From an uncultured archaeon (GTDB lineage: Archaea; Asgardarchaeota; Heimdallarchaeia; Heimdallarchaeales; Heimdallarchaeaceae), in contig CAZHRF010000001.1 in assembly GCA_964534625.1 (NCBI GenBank), forward strand, positions 72,897 through 136,896: a stretch of 64,000 bases of DNA, written 5' to 3'. A program made the position numbers and the translations under genes. Under the pieces are notes generated by a model that saw only the letters and a program-made list of their open reading frames with translations, was not told the DNA's origin and did not search any database. Positions 52,500 through 62,931 of the stretch are shown in pieces; within the stretch, counting starts at the first letter, position 1, and each line of letters opens with the position of its first letter.

Positions 52500-53702
52500 G
52501 TGTCGACACTGTCTAAGGATAATTATTCTCATGAGAGGGATGACAATGCGTATTTGGTATCATATACCCACCATCTGGAACGTCAAGCAAGACAGCTTGA
52601 AACAGAAAAACAAATGCTTGATTCAGAGCGTTTAAGATTACAACGTGAGCTAAACAATCTTAAGATTGAATTAGAAAGGCTACGTACTCCACCATTGTTC
52701 CTAGGCTATATAATAGCTGTTCTTAGTGATGAAACTGCTATAGTAAGAAGTACAACGGGTCCTAATCTAGTAGTTGCTGTATCAAAAAAGATTGATGTAA
52801 ATAAGTTAAAACCTGATACAAGAGTGGCACTTAATCAACGCACTTTTTCGATAGTTAAAATACTGCCTTCATCATTAGATCCTGCAGTACAAAAAATGGA
52901 ATTGATAGAGAAACCAGTTGAAAGGTTTTCCGATATTGGGGGGCTTGATCAACAAATACAAGAAATAAAGGAAACTGTAGAATTACCACTTACAAAACCT
53001 GAGTTATTTGAAAAAATTGGCATAGAACCACCAAAAGGGATTCTCTTACATGGTGCTCCTGGTACAGGCAAGACCTTACTGGCAAAAGCAGTTGCAAATG
53101 AAACAAATGCATCATTTATTCGGTTAATAGGAAGTGAACTTGTTCAAAAATTTATTGGAGAAGGTGCCCGATTAGTAAGAGAAATTTTTGAATTTGCCCG
53201 ATTACACTCACCAAGTATATTATTCATTGATGAACTTGATGCTATTGGGAGTAAAAGATTAGATTTAGCGACCAGTGGAGATCGTGAAGTTCAACGTACC
53301 CTTATGCAAATACTAGCCGAACTAGATGGATTCAACGCAAGGGGTGATGTGAAGGTCGTTGCTGCCACAAATAGAATTGATATATTAGATCCTGCGCTAT
53401 TAAGACCAGGAAGGTTTGATAGGATAATTGAAATCCCAATCCCAAATAATGAAGCAAGAAAAGAAATATTCAAAATTCATACGAAAAAGATGAATATATC
53501 TGGTAAGATGGATTTCGATAGGCTCGTTAAAATATCTGAAGGGGGAAGTGGAGCTGACATCAAAAATATTTGTGTTGAAGCAGGAATGTTTGCAATTAGG
53601 AATGATAGAGATAAAGTAATTTTTAGTGATTTTGAGGATGCAATTAGAAAAATAATTGGAGAAAAAGAAAAAGCTGTGATTAATACAACTGGTTTTATTT
53701 AA
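52500..53702 (+). CDS. pan: proteasome-activating nucleotidase (AAA+ ATPase)
   Basis: 400 aa. Has an N-terminal coiled coil, Walker [23 protein letters not shown], Walker [12 protein letters not shown], and a C-terminal hydrophobic-Tyr-X-like tail TGFI. Confidence 0.85.
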   Translation: MSTLSKDNYSHERDDNAYLVSYTHHLERQARQLETEKQMLDSERLRLQRELNNLKIELERLRTPPLFLGYIIAVLSDETAIVRSTTGPNLVVAVSKKIDVNKLKPDTRVALNQRTFSIVKILPSSLDPAVQKMELIEKPVERFSDIGGLDQQIQEIKETVELPLTKPELFEKIGIEPPKGILLHGAPGTGKTLLAKAVANETNASFIRLIGSELVQKFIGEGARLVREIFEFARLHSPSILFIDELDAIGSKRLDLATSGDREVQRTLMQILAELDGFNARGDVKVVAATNRIDILDPALLRPGRFDRIIEIPIPNNEARKEIFKIHTKKMNISGKMDFDRLVKISEGGSGADIKNICVEAGMFAIRNDRDKVIFSDFEDAIRKIIGEKEKAVINTTGFI

Positions 53703-54279
53703 CTTTGTTCTCTTCTATTATCTCTTTCTGCCTGTATAAACCTCTTGTAATGGATGAATTATAGCCAAACTTTCCCCCTAATTTGTCAATAGCTTGTTGA
53801 ACCCCAATCTCTTTTTCTCCTGAGGTAAGCTTATCGGCAAAAGAAACAATGATTTCTTCTAAATTCTTTGGTGTATAATTTTGAATGGGTAAGTTAAGTT
53901 TTTTAGCTTCGCTCTCTGTAATACCTGTACCAATGTGGTTCTTAACAACATTTATAACCCTTCTGTCAATTTTTTCTTTTTCTAAAATTTGAGCTCCTTT
54001 TAAGCCATGAGAGATAGAGTGAGTTAATGATCGACCTATATCGTGTAATAAGGCACCAGCCATTATGATGTTTTTATTTATGTTATTTATGTCAGAAGAA
54101 ATTTTAAGTGCTATTTCTGCAACTTTTTTACAATGTTCAATGACATTTGGAGGTGTGTCATATTTCACTAATATATTTAGACACTCTTTTTTACTCGGTA
54201 TATGTCCATCGATTTCTTTATGCATTTTTACACTTACGCCTTCATTTTTACATTTATAAATTCTTATATGCTTTATCAT
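53695..54279 (-). CDS. HD-domain phosphohydrolase
   Basis: 194 aa. Contains [13 protein letters not shown] and ALLHDIGR, the HD motif. Confidence 0.7.
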   Translation of the reverse strand: MIKHIRIYKCKNEGVSVKMHKEIDGHIPSKKECLNILVKYDTPPNVIEHCKKVAEIALKISSDINNINKNIIMAGALLHDIGRSLTHSISHGLKGAQILEKEKIDRRVINVVKNHIGTGITESEAKKLNLPIQNYTPKNLEEIIVSFADKLTSGEKEIGVQQAIDKLGGKFGYNSSITRGLYRQKEIIEENKVK

Positions 54280-54370
54280 CGGAAAAATATCTTTTTAATT
54301 ATTCTTTTTCGTGGCTGAAGAATAATGTTTTTGAATTTGTATCCTATGTTTAGTACAAGAACCTTTTAAG

Positions 54371-54916
54371 GTGATTAAATTGGCAAAAACCTATAATTGT
54401 GAAATGTGTGGAGCAGAAATTCAAACAAGACCAATACAAATTAAAATTGAAGGTGCCCAATTGTATGTTTGTCCATCTTGCTCAAAACATGGCAAAAGGG
54501 TGCAAACCCCATCTCCTTCCAAAAAAATAAGTGTTGATCGTAAAAAGAAAAGTGCAAAAAGGACATCTATCTCAAAAGTACCAACCTCTTCATCAAATAA
54601 GCACCGCTATTATAAAAGGAAACAAGAAAAAGACTTGATATCCAACTATGGTGAAATAATTAGAAAGGCAAGACAAACAAAGAATATGAAACAAAAACAA
54701 GTAACCGCTAAAACAAAAATTTCACTTCCTGAATTACAAAGTATAGAAAGTGGAAAAATTAGACCAACCGACGAACAAATAGATTTAATTGAAAAATTCT
54801 TTAATATAAAAATTACTGAAAACGTAGCAAATGTTGATCCAAAAGAAGTAAAGAAAAGAAAATCTTTTCAGACACTAGGTGATATTGTCGTAATAAAAAA
54901 GAAAAAAGAGGATTAA
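54371..54916 (+). CDS. mbf1: archaeal multiprotein-bridging factor 1 (N-terminal zinc ribbon + C-terminal XRE-type HTH)
   Basis: 181 aa. The N-terminus has CEMCGAEI...CPSCSKHG. The C-terminus has GEIIRKARQTKNMKQKQVTAKTKISLPELQSIESGKIRPT, a cro/C1-type HTH. Confidence 0.7.
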   Translation: MIKLAKTYNCEMCGAEIQTRPIQIKIEGAQLYVCPSCSKHGKRVQTPSPSKKISVDRKKKSAKRTSISKVPTSSSNKHRYYKRKQEKDLISNYGEIIRKARQTKNMKQKQVTAKTKISLPELQSIESGKIRPTDEQIDLIEKFFNIKITENVANVDPKEVKKRKSFQTLGDIVVIKKKKED

Positions 54917-54986
54917 TTATCAATCTAATAAAGAAATCCTAGATGAATTTTTCACTTTTCTTCCCTGTATATTATCTATTACCAAA

Positions 54987-55253
54987 TTATAGCATTTGTT
55001 CTTTAGCAAAATTAGTAGCAGGTACAATATCTAGTCTAGATCCTATCTGACTAAGAACCTCTTCTGCTTCTTTAATTGGTAGCTTAACTGTATAAAGCCT
55101 TTTTTTCGTTCTAAATTTGATTTTAATATTATTTTCGCTTCTTTTAGTTCTACATTCCCCTTTTTGAGCAATAGTAAGATTGACGATTTCGTTTAATCGT
55201 TCTTTGAATGATCCTTCATCTTGAAAATCTTCTTTTCTTATCTCGGTTGGCAT
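54987..55253 (-). CDS. small hypothetical protein
   Basis: 88 aa, basic/acidic mixed. I could not place it in a family. Confidence 0.3.
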   Translation of the reverse strand: MPTEIRKEDFQDEGSFKERLNEIVNLTIAQKGECRTKRSENNIKIKFRTKKRLYTVKLPIKEAEEVLSQIGSRLDIVPATNFAKEQML

Positions 55254-55487
55254 TTTTCTTCAAATTGGTGGACTAATATTGTTTTTAAAAACATTTTTGT
55301 AATTGTTGTTTTTTTTGTAAGCTATTTCAGGATTACTTTCTTTGAAAAATGGCGTGTTTTTTGTTACTTATTAATTAAATTATCTTTTGACCCTAAAGAC
55401 TAAAATAATATCTTAAAAATTAGTAATTTAGAGAAAATTTTTTAGATATATCATTAAATTTCTCTCTATACTAGTAGGTGAACTTGA

Positions 55488-55826
55488 ATGGATTTTTGTC
55501 CCGAATGTGGTAAAATTTTATTAAGTGAAAAAAATAATGATGAAGTAGTTTTAAAATGTGGAAAATGTGGATACAAAAGAAAAATGAAAGAAGATGAAGA
55601 TTTGTCTTTTACTGAAGAAATTAAACACGATGTTAGAGATATGACTGCTATTATCGATCAAAAAGAGATGGACAAAACAAGACCAACAAAAGAGATGTAT
55701 TGTCCCAAGTGTAAGAAAAAGACTGAAATAAGTTTTTGGCAGTTACAAACAAGAAGCGCAGATGAGTCACCAACAAGATTCTTCAAGTGTACTGAATGTA
55801 CTCACACTTGGAGAGAATATGATTAG
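55488..55826 (+). CDS. tfs: transcription factor S (TFIIS-like cleavage factor, RpoM paralog)
   Basis: 112 aa. The N-terminal Zn ribbon is CPECG...CGKCG. The C-terminal TFIIS-type ribbon is CPKCKKK...FWQLQTRSADE..TRFFKCTEC, with the acidic DE loop. Confidence 0.85.
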   Translation: MDFCPECGKILLSEKNNDEVVLKCGKCGYKRKMKEDEDLSFTEEIKHDVRDMTAIIDQKEMDKTRPTKEMYCPKCKKKTEISFWQLQTRSADESPTRFFKCTECTHTWREYD

Positions 55827-56199
55827 AAGTGATAATATGTCAAATTTTAATTTTTCATTAAAACCATCTAATAAGAATTCTTATCCAAAAAGGGAACCTT
55901 TTAGACCTATAAATATTGCCGATATTAAATCGCCAGGTAAGTATCGTATTTTTGGATCAATTATATCCGTTAGTGAAAATTCATTTGAAGTAAACGATGG
56001 CACGGATCAAATAAGGGTTATTCCTGTTGAAACAGCAAGCATCGATGAAGTGAGTGAGGGAATGCAAGTACGAATACTGGGTGAGTTTTCTGGTGGGAAA
56101 AATAAACAGATAGAAGCGATTATTATACAAAACTGGTCATCTGTGGACATACAGACTTATAATGGTGTAAAGGATTTAGAAGCTTCGTTATTTCGGTAG
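55819..56199 (+). CDS. OB-fold nucleic-acid-binding protein
   Basis: About 126 aa from the ATG that overlaps the TFS stop (ATGATTAG). The segment KYRIFGSIISVSENSFEVNDGTDQIRVIPVE...MQVRILGEFSG has an OB-fold-like beta pattern (tRNA_anti/RPA-like). Confidence 0.4.
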   Translation: MIRSDNMSNFNFSLKPSNKNSYPKREPFRPINIADIKSPGKYRIFGSIISVSENSFEVNDGTDQIRVIPVETASIDEVSEGMQVRILGEFSGGKNKQIEAIIIQNWSSVDIQTYNGVKDLEASLFR

Positions 56200-56367
56200 A
56201 AGAAATATCGTAAAAATGTATCACTTGGATGTTTTTAGTTTTGAAAATAAAAAAATGTGTTAATGACGATTATCTTAAATAGTGTTTTCTAATTACTAGA
56301 TGTGTGATATCTTAGAGTAATACATGAGAATTTAAGATTAATTATTAAAAAAACAAGAGGAATTGTT

Positions 56368-57174
56368 ATGACGTTTGAAATAATATTGGATGACGCAAAG
56401 TTAATGGCAAATATGTGCTCTGTTATAAGCTCTATCGTTGCTGAAAGTAGATTACATATTGATGAAGAAGGAATTAAAATCAAAGCATTTGATGCAACTA
56501 GGATTTCAATGATCGATTTCTTAATGAAACAAGAGTTTTTTAGCAAATATGAAATTGCAGAGGAAACTTCAATTGGACTGAGCCTAGAAATATTGAATCA
56601 GATACTTAAAACAGCAAAGTCTAGTGAACGATTAAAACTTGCTTTTGATGATGATGCCAAACGTTTTATTATTGAATTTATAGGCGCGAAAAGGAAGCGA
56701 AGCTTTGCCCTATCTATTATAGATATACAAGCTGATGAAAGCATTCCTGATACAATCCACATCTCATTTGATGCCAATTTCAGAATGCAGTGTGGTTTTT
56801 TGCAACAAGTACTGAAGGATGCAGAAATGATTGGTGATTATTTAAGAATTTATGCTGATGAAAAAGGGATAAGTTTTGAGAGTGAAAGTGATACAAAATC
56901 GATGCACACATTTATAGAACCTGAAAGTGAAGAAATGGATACAGAAGAGTTTAGTGTGTTAGTATCGGACGAAGCACCTTCTTTCGAGTCAGTATATTCC
57001 TTGGAATTCCTTTCTAATTTCCTTAAAGGAATTAGATCTTCTGACGAAATAAAAGTTTCATTTGGGCAAGATTTACCTGTGAGAATAATATACTATATAG
57101 AAGATAAGGGACACTTGCTTTATTTTGTTGCTCCAAGAATTGAAGAAAGCGAAGATATTGATGATGACATATAA
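56368..57174 (+). CDS. pcn: DNA polymerase sliding clamp PCNA
   Basis: 268 aa. The N-terminal FEIILDDAKLMANMCSVISSIV and the overall two-domain pattern match PCNA. It ends in an acidic tail EESEDIDDDI. Confidence 0.8.
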   Translation: MTFEIILDDAKLMANMCSVISSIVAESRLHIDEEGIKIKAFDATRISMIDFLMKQEFFSKYEIAEETSIGLSLEILNQILKTAKSSERLKLAFDDDAKRFIIEFIGAKRKRSFALSIIDIQADESIPDTIHISFDANFRMQCGFLQQVLKDAEMIGDYLRIYADEKGISFESESDTKSMHTFIEPESEEMDTEEFSVLVSDEAPSFESVYSLEFLSNFLKGIRSSDEIKVSFGQDLPVRIIYYIEDKGHLLYFVAPRIEESEDIDDDI

Positions 57175-57255
57175 GGTTGCGCAAGGAAATAAAAACAACG
57201 GATTGAACAAACTGCTTGAGACTGGAAGTCTTTTATTTTATTTCTTTAAAACTAA

Positions 57256-57858
57256 ATGAGAGGCAAGAAATTGTTTGGAAAAATACATGAACAGTGGCAA
57301 AGAGAAAGGGAAAAAAAAGATCTAGAAAAAATAGACTTGTCTTTTTATGGTGCAGTACGTGACTTCTTAAAACTTAATGAGGATAAAGTATTAGGAGAAA
57401 AAAACGAGTTAAGAAAAAAAATATATGAGGCTCGGTTGAAGAGAATTAAATTTGTAATAGAAGATTTGGCAGAGATACGTACAAGAAAAATCTTTGAGTT
57501 ATTAATTCAACAAAAAGAACCCGAAAAAAACCTAGCTTCTGAAGAGAGAGACTTTTTTGAAAGGCAACAAAAAATTTACAATTATTATCTAAAAGAATTG
57601 CATGAACCAGAAGAGGTTGCATTTATTGATATAGATGATTTAGTAGAAATCAAAAACACAGAAAAACAAAAGATCGAAGAGGAACAAATAGATTATGTTG
57701 TTGTAAAAATCAAACAAAATATAGAACAACCATTAATGGGATTGGATGGTCAGAAATATGGTCCTTTTCAAAAGGAAGATGTATGTGTTTTACCAAAAAT
57801 TAATGCAATAGGACTAGTAAAAAGAAAAGTAGCAGAAGAAATAGAAATAAAGGATTAA
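57256..57858 (+). CDS. possible GINS subunit Gins51 (Gins15 family)
   Basis: 200 aa. The helical N-terminus includes the Gins A-domain-like segment KIDLSFYGAVRDFLK and RKKIYEARLKRIKFVIEDLAEIRTRKIFELL. It lies immediately downstream of PCNA, as in Thermococcales (from memory). Confidence 0.4.
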   Translation: MRGKKLFGKIHEQWQREREKKDLEKIDLSFYGAVRDFLKLNEDKVLGEKNELRKKIYEARLKRIKFVIEDLAEIRTRKIFELLIQQKEPEKNLASEERDFFERQQKIYNYYLKELHEPEEVAFIDIDDLVEIKNTEKQKIEEEQIDYVVVKIKQNIEQPLMGLDGQKYGPFQKEDVCVLPKINAIGLVKRKVAEEIEIKD

Positions 57859-57870
57859 TACAACTTTCTA

Positions 57871-58059
57871 TTATTTATGATATTCTTCCAATATTTCTGC
57901 TAAAATCTTTGCTTTACCTGCACGAGGGAGTGCTAAATCAGAATCGCAGATATCACATTTAACGACAGTTTTTGCCGAATTAAAAATAGTTTGTTCATTA
58001 TCACAATTGGGACATTTTACTTTAAGAAATTTTGTTTTTGGAAACGGAATCTCTGACAT
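57871..58059 (-). CDS. rps27e: 30S ribosomal protein S27e
   Basis: 62 aa. Contains the C4 zinc finger VKCPNCDNEQTIF...VKCDICDS. Confidence 0.85.
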   Translation of the reverse strand: MSEIPFPKTKFLKVKCPNCDNEQTIFNSAKTVVKCDICDSDLALPRAGKAKILAEILEEYHK

Positions 58060-58153
58060 AATTGGAAGAGAGCGAAGATGATTTAAAAAAGTTGTGAAAA
58101 ATGATAATATTAGATATTTTCATAAGAAGATAATTGGAAAAAGCAATATAATT

Positions 58154-58268
58154 TGGTGCGGGGGGAGGGATTCGAACCCGCGAACCACTAAGGAACGGAT
58201 GGCTCATCAACGACAACAAGTATTAAGATCTTGAGTCCGTCGCCGTTGACCAACTTGGCTACCCCCGC
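58154..58268 (-). tRNA. tRNA-Leu (anticodon CAA) with ~29-nt intron at 37/38, CCA encoded
   Basis: Minus strand reads GCGGGGG-TA-GCC..GGC, then ACGGA-CTCAAG, then the intron ATCTTAATACTTGTTGTCGTTGATGAGCC, then A-TCCGT, a long variable arm, the T-arm, then CCCCCGC-A-CCA. The T-stem has one C:U mismatch. Confidence 0.8.
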
Positions 58269-58583
58269 ATTATGAGGTTTGAAGTTTATTTTTTTTAATA
58301 CCCTAAGGTGTTTTTTTTACACTTATAAGATATGTTCCCATATCTCCACTATGATAAATTAACTATGTATCTAGTATCGATATAACCACTCTATTTTTGC
58401 CCCTTTTAATTTTTTCTTTATGTTTCATTTTTGAAATATAGAATTAGTTAAAATAAAATTTAGAATATCTAAAAGTCCTATAAATCGAACTTTAAATAGT
58501 TGTTTTTTGGGATTGAAGATAGAATTGAAGTGGTGGCAATATATATTCTTTTAAATACTAGAGAATATAGTTTTCTGTAAAAA

Positions 58584-58593
58584 GAAAATATAT
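58584..58593 (+). promoter_or_regulatory. candidate TATA box for tfe
   Basis: The sequence aaaatatata lies about 40 nt upstream of the ATG at 58633. It overlaps the first in-frame ATG at 58594, arguing that 58633 is the true start. Confidence 0.25.
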
Positions 58594-58632
58594 ATGTATG
58601 CAAAATTAGATTTAGTAGAAAAGGGATATCAT

Positions 58633-59238
58633 ATGGCAGAAAATAAAGCCAAAGACACACCTGATGTTGATGGGGCGCAAAAATTTTCTTCACACATAAA
58701 TATTAGTGAAAGACAAAGGCAAACATTAATCGGCGTTATAGAAGATATTTGTGGTGATGAGGTAAAACAAGTAACATTAGTACTTCTTAATTCGGAGGAA
58801 GAAACAACAGACGAAGAAATATCAGAAAAATTAGATATGAGATTAAACCAAGTAAGAAAATCATTATACAAACTTTATGATCTTCAGCTTGCAAGTTTTA
58901 GAAGAATAAGGGACAAAAATACCGGTTGGTTTGTCTACTTCTGGAAGTTACATCCTGAAAAAATAGATGTATTTGTTGAAAACAAACAAAATGAAGTTCT
59001 AGAAAAACTACGAACACGTCTTAATTATGAAGAAGAAAATATGTTTTTTACGTGCAAGAATCCAGATTGCCCAAGAATTGAATTCCAAGAAGCAATGGAT
59101 CTAAATTTTGAATGTCCAAATTGTGGAGAAAGACTAGAAGCATTTGATAATGAACAAATTAAACAAGTATTGAAAATGAAGATAAACGAGCTAAAAGAAA
59201 TAAAGAAGAAGACAAGGGAATTAATTTCTGGGAATTAA
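58633..59238 (+). CDS. tfe: transcription initiation factor E alpha subunit (TFIIE-alpha homologue)
   Basis: 201 aa from the second in-frame Met. The winged helix is LIGVIEDICGDEVKQVTLVLL...SEKLDMRLNQVRKSLYKLYDLQLASFRRIRDKNTGWFVYFW. The C-terminal zinc ribbon is CKNPDCPRIEF...FECPNCGERL. Confidence 0.75.
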   Translation: MAENKAKDTPDVDGAQKFSSHINISERQRQTLIGVIEDICGDEVKQVTLVLLNSEEETTDEEISEKLDMRLNQVRKSLYKLYDLQLASFRRIRDKNTGWFVYFWKLHPEKIDVFVENKQNEVLEKLRTRLNYEEENMFFTCKNPDCPRIEFQEAMDLNFECPNCGERLEAFDNEQIKQVLKMKINELKEIKKKTRELISGN

Positions 59239-59301
59239 TTGTTTTTTTCAATAGTTTAGATGAAGCTATAAATAAAAAAAATAGCTAAAGAGGTTACAAA
59301 T

Positions 59302-59814
59302 ATGAAAAAAAACCAAAAGAATTTATCAAGCGCCTTATATCCAAATCCAGTGGTTTTAGTGTCGTCAAAAAATAAAAAGGAAGAGTCAATTATTACACTA
59401 GCGTGGGTTGGCACATTATGTTCAGATCCACCAACAATTGGAATATCTTTAACCAAATCAAGATATTCTTATGAACTAATTAAAAAATCAAAAGAATTTA
59501 TTGTAAATATTCCCACCAAATCAATGAAAGATGAAGTACAATTGTGTGGAACAAAGTCAGGACGAGAGATAGATAAATGGCAAGAATGTAAATTTAGTCG
59601 TATTAAAGGAAAAAAGGTTGATGCTTATTATATAGACGAATGTCCAGTTAATATTGAATGCAAAGTAAAACAAGTCATTGAAATTGGATTACATGATTTG
59701 TTTATTGGAGAAGTTGTTGATGTTCATATTGATGAAAAATGGAAAAACAATAATTATCCTGATATGCTTGTATATGTAAGAGGAATATATAAAAAATGTG
59801 TAGATATCGGTTGA
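59302..59814 (+). CDS. flavin reductase-like FMN-binding split-barrel protein
   Basis: 170 aa. The NPVVLVSSK...ITLAWVGTLCSDPPTIGISL pattern is typical of the flavin reductase-like domain. Confidence 0.65.
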   Translation: MKKNQKNLSSALYPNPVVLVSSKNKKEESIITLAWVGTLCSDPPTIGISLTKSRYSYELIKKSKEFIVNIPTKSMKDEVQLCGTKSGREIDKWQECKFSRIKGKKVDAYYIDECPVNIECKVKQVIEIGLHDLFIGEVVDVHIDEKWKNNNYPDMLVYVRGIYKKCVDIG

Positions 59815-59836
59815 TGAATGGTTAGAGAAAAATTTA

Positions 59837-59913
59837 TGGTGGTCGAGAAGGAATTTGAATCCTTGTTCTCTTGATCCCGAACCAAGTGCCTTACCAAGCT
59901 GGGCCACTCGACC
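59837..59913 (-). tRNA. tRNA-Pro (anticodon CGG), CCA encoded
   Basis: Minus strand reads GGTCGAG-TG-GCC..GGC, then CTTGG-TTCGGGA-TCAAG, then AAGGA-TTCAAAT-TCCTT, then CTCGACC-A-CCA. Confidence 0.85.
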
Positions 59914-60094
59914 TCTTATATTATTGGTTATTTTAATACTAACGGCTCTTGTTTTAAAATTTTGGTTTCGATGAAAATTATTGCTTAATGTTTTAGTGTC
60001 ATATACCACGTATTCAAACTAATGAAAGTAAAAAGTAATATTTAGTGTTTGGTATTTTTATTTTTTTTCGGTATAAGAACGATAAACGAATAAT

Positions 60095-61456
60095 TTAAGG
60101 TATTAACGCTTCTTTTACTAAATTCTTTCCCATTTTCATCTTATCTTGAGCTTTTTTCATAGTATTTGCTTCAACAAACACTCTAAAAATAGCTTCTGTA
60201 CCTGAAGGGCGAATTAAAATCCATCCTTCGTCATCAATAATTTTTATTCCATCGATAGTATTTATTTCATTATCTGTTGGTGCATTATTTTTTATTGAAT
60301 TCATTACCTGTTCCTTCTTTTCATTAGGACAGTGTATTTTGTCTTTAAGTTGAACATATTCTGGGATCTGGGTTACTAATTGTTCCATGGTTTTCTGCTT
60401 ATCTGCAATTATATTTGCCATTAAGGCAGCTGCCATGGCCCCATCTCGGACTGGCTGGTGTTTTCCATAGAAAAGCCCACCATTTTCTTCACCACCTAAT
60501 TTAGCATTAAGTTCTAACATCTTACGACTTACATAAATACAGCCAACAGGGGTCCAAACAACTTTTCCTCCTAAAATTTCAGCAATATCTACCATCGCTT
60601 TAGATGAACTAACAGGAGTGACAAATATTTTTTTATCTTCACGCTCTAAAACCCATTTCTCAAATATAGCAATAGATTTATCCCCCCAATAAACATTACC
60701 TTTTCCATCACCAAATATTGCCCGATCTGCATCACCATCATGAGCAACTGCAAAATCAGCATTCGTCTTTTGTGCTATCTTAGCCATTAAACACAATTTA
60801 TTGGGAATTGGTTCTGAATCTCTTCCTGGAAAACGGCCATCTAAGTGTGAATTAACTGAAATAACCCGAACCCCCATGTTTTTGAGTAATTCGGGAGTTA
60901 TAATGCCTCCAACCGCATTTCCTGCATCAACTACTGCTGTCAAGTTTCTTTTTTTAATCTTTTCAACATCAACTTGAGCCATTATTTGGTTTATATATCT
61001 ATCTTTAAAATCTATGGTGGTTAGATTCTTTGTTTGTTCCCAATTGGCAAAAGAAAATTGTTCTTTTTCAAAATAATTTTCAATTTTGTATTGATCTTTT
61101 ATACCAATCTCCACTCCATCATGTGAAATAATCTTCAACCCATTAAATTGAGCGGGATTATGACTAGCAGTAACCATAACGCCTAATTTGGCACCAGTAG
61201 TCTTTACAGCGAATTGTGTTAAAGGAGTAGGAACTGTACCCACATCTATCACTTCAATACCTGTGCCCAATAAAGTAGATATGATTCCATATTTAATATA
61301 AGGACTACTCAAACGAGCATCGGAACCAACAATAACAGTACCTTTATTCTCAATAAAGGCTGCTATCGATAGTCCCATTTTAGTGATGAATAGTGGATTA
61401 AATAGTTCTCCAACAATTCCTCTTATTCCATTTGTACCAAAATACTTTTTTTTCAT
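60095..61456 (-). CDS. phosphohexomutase (second paralog; phosphoglucosamine / phosphomannomutase family)
   Basis: About 453 aa from the internal Met (MKKKYFGTNGIRG), which aligns with the start of the first paralog. Contains the active-site VTASHNPAQFNGLKI and the GDGDADR metal site. Confidence 0.8.
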   Translation of the reverse strand: MKKKYFGTNGIRGIVGELFNPLFITKMGLSIAAFIENKGTVIVGSDARLSSPYIKYGIISTLLGTGIEVIDVGTVPTPLTQFAVKTTGAKLGVMVTASHNPAQFNGLKIISHDGVEIGIKDQYKIENYFEKEQFSFANWEQTKNLTTIDFKDRYINQIMAQVDVEKIKKRNLTAVVDAGNAVGGIITPELLKNMGVRVISVNSHLDGRFPGRDSEPIPNKLCLMAKIAQKTNADFAVAHDGDADRAIFGDGKGNVYWGDKSIAIFEKWVLEREDKKIFVTPVSSSKAMVDIAEILGGKVVWTPVGCIYVSRKMLELNAKLGGEENGGLFYGKHQPVRDGAMAAALMANIIADKQKTMEQLVTQIPEYVQLKDKIHCPNEKKEQVMNSIKNNAPTDNEINTIDGIKIIDDEGWILIRPSGTEAIFRVFVEANTMKKAQDKMKMGKNLVKEALIP

Positions 61457-61742
61457 ACAGATAAGAATTTTTATAATCATTTTAAAAGAATTTGGGATTG
61501 TTTTTTGTAAATCAACTATAAAATTAGTGTATTGTTGTCTATCTCGGATTTTAAACTGTTTTTTTCATGAATCTTAGAGTTCATCTTACCTAACAAAAAT
61601 ATGGTCAGTTAAGTCAGATTAGTAGAGTGAGAAAATGACAACAGAGATGAACATTGAAGTTCATGTTTTTTCTAATAAAAATATCAATACCAAAATCTAT
61701 ATAATTAACCTTATCTTTCTTGTTAATTGAGGTTTAAAATAT

Positions 61743-62030
61743 ATGAGTGATAAACTAATAGGATTATTATTGATAATTGGATCTTTGGGAATACTTGGTG
61801 CAGTAATTGCTTTAACTATCATCGTTCCTTTATTAACTGCTGATATTATTATTGGCTATTGGACAATAGCTGTTATCATCTCTCTAGCCGTTCTCATAGC
61901 CATGTTGTTATCAACTTGGATTGGATGGACACTTTTGACAACAAAGGCACCAGAAGCAGTTCTAGGTGAAGATGACGCGGATTTAGACACAACAGAAGAG
62001 GAACTAGAGACACCAGACGAAGAAAATTAG
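61743..62030 (+). CDS. small membrane protein with acidic C-terminal tail
   Basis: 95 aa. It has three hydrophobic helices and then EDDADLDTTEEELETPDEEN. Confidence 0.3.
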   Translation: MSDKLIGLLLIIGSLGILGAVIALTIIVPLLTADIIIGYWTIAVIISLAVLIAMLLSTWIGWTLLTTKAPEAVLGEDDADLDTTEEELETPDEEN

Positions 62031-62040
62031 AAAATAGAAC

Positions 62041-62415
62041 GTGAAAAATATGAGTCGACGTCCCTTAAGCCCCAGACAAATGAAAAAAATGCGGGGTAAA
62101 ATGAAAACAGTAGAATTGGAGGGAGTAGAGGAAGTGATTATTCGCTTTGCTGATAAGGAGATATACATTCCTGCTCCTGATGTTAGTAAAATTATTATGG
62201 GTGGCGAAGTATATCAAGTAATAGGGAAGGGGACAGAAAGATTAAGATCTGAAGACGTAACTGAAACAAGTGCTATGCCTGAGGTTTCAATATCTGACGA
62301 GGATGTAAAACTGATTATGGGCCAAACAGATGCTTCCGAAGAAGAAGTAAGAAACGCTTTGGAAGAAGAAAATGGCGATTTGGCTGGTGCAGTTGTTAGG
62401 TTGCAAAAAAGATAA
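62041..62415 (+). CDS. nac: nascent polypeptide-associated complex protein (NAC alpha, archaeal)
   Basis: 124 aa. The NAC domain KTVELEGVEEVIIRFADKEIYI is followed by the C-terminal UBA-like SEEEVRNALEEENGDLAGAVVRL. Confidence 0.8.
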   Translation: MKNMSRRPLSPRQMKKMRGKMKTVELEGVEEVIIRFADKEIYIPAPDVSKIIMGGEVYQVIGKGTERLRSEDVTETSAMPEVSISDEDVKLIMGQTDASEEEVRNALEEENGDLAGAVVRLQKR

Positions 62416-62898
62416 TTATTTTTTTATGCCTTTTCTTATCGTTACTCCGACGCCCATGTCCATTTCTAAAAGGAGGTTAGTTGATAATTTGGCAGTGCCT
62501 ATTGCAATAATCTCTCCTTTTGTATTTTTTATAAAAACTTCGTCTTTGGGTGATATACCTTGATCTGCTTGAACAACATGTTTAGCAAATAAAGATTTAC
62601 CTTCGCGAATAAAAGGTTCTGCATCATCATTCGCAGTAACAGAAAATCCAAGTTTGTTTTCATGAAGTAATTTTCCTCCTTCAATTGAAGGAATGAGAAA
62701 ACCATCATTAACTCGAAAAGAAAAAATTCGTTTTTTGTTTTTGTAAACATAACGTATTCTGTTAGTGGAGCGCGAACGCTCAATTGTTGTGTCACTAGAA
62801 AATAATGCCTTTCCAGCTCCTTTTCCAAATTGATAGTCTGCAACTGATTTTAATAGATCCATTTCAACGTTTGTTGGCTTACCTTTCAAAGACATCAA
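62416..62898 (-). CDS. PUA-domain protein (Nip7-like / UPF0113-like)
   Basis: 160 aa. The C-terminal KDEVFIKNTKGEIIAIGTAKLS is a PUA-like beta-sandwich pattern. Confidence 0.45.
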   Translation of the reverse strand: MMSLKGKPTNVEMDLLKSVADYQFGKGAGKALFSSDTTIERSRSTNRIRYVYKNKKRIFSFRVNDGFLIPSIEGGKLLHENKLGFSVTANDDAEPFIREGKSLFAKHVVQADQGISPKDEVFIKNTKGEIIAIGTAKLSTNLLLEMDMGVGVTIRKGIKK

Positions 62899-62931
62899 GA
62901 ATGTACTCTCTAATATTCTTTTAAAAACTAT

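Noticed and set aside
54987-55253. 88-aa ORF as RpoH, aEF-1beta, SRP19, L31e or SUI1
   Set aside because: I compared it by eye with remembered consensus sequences of each. None matched convincingly, so it is left as hypothetical.
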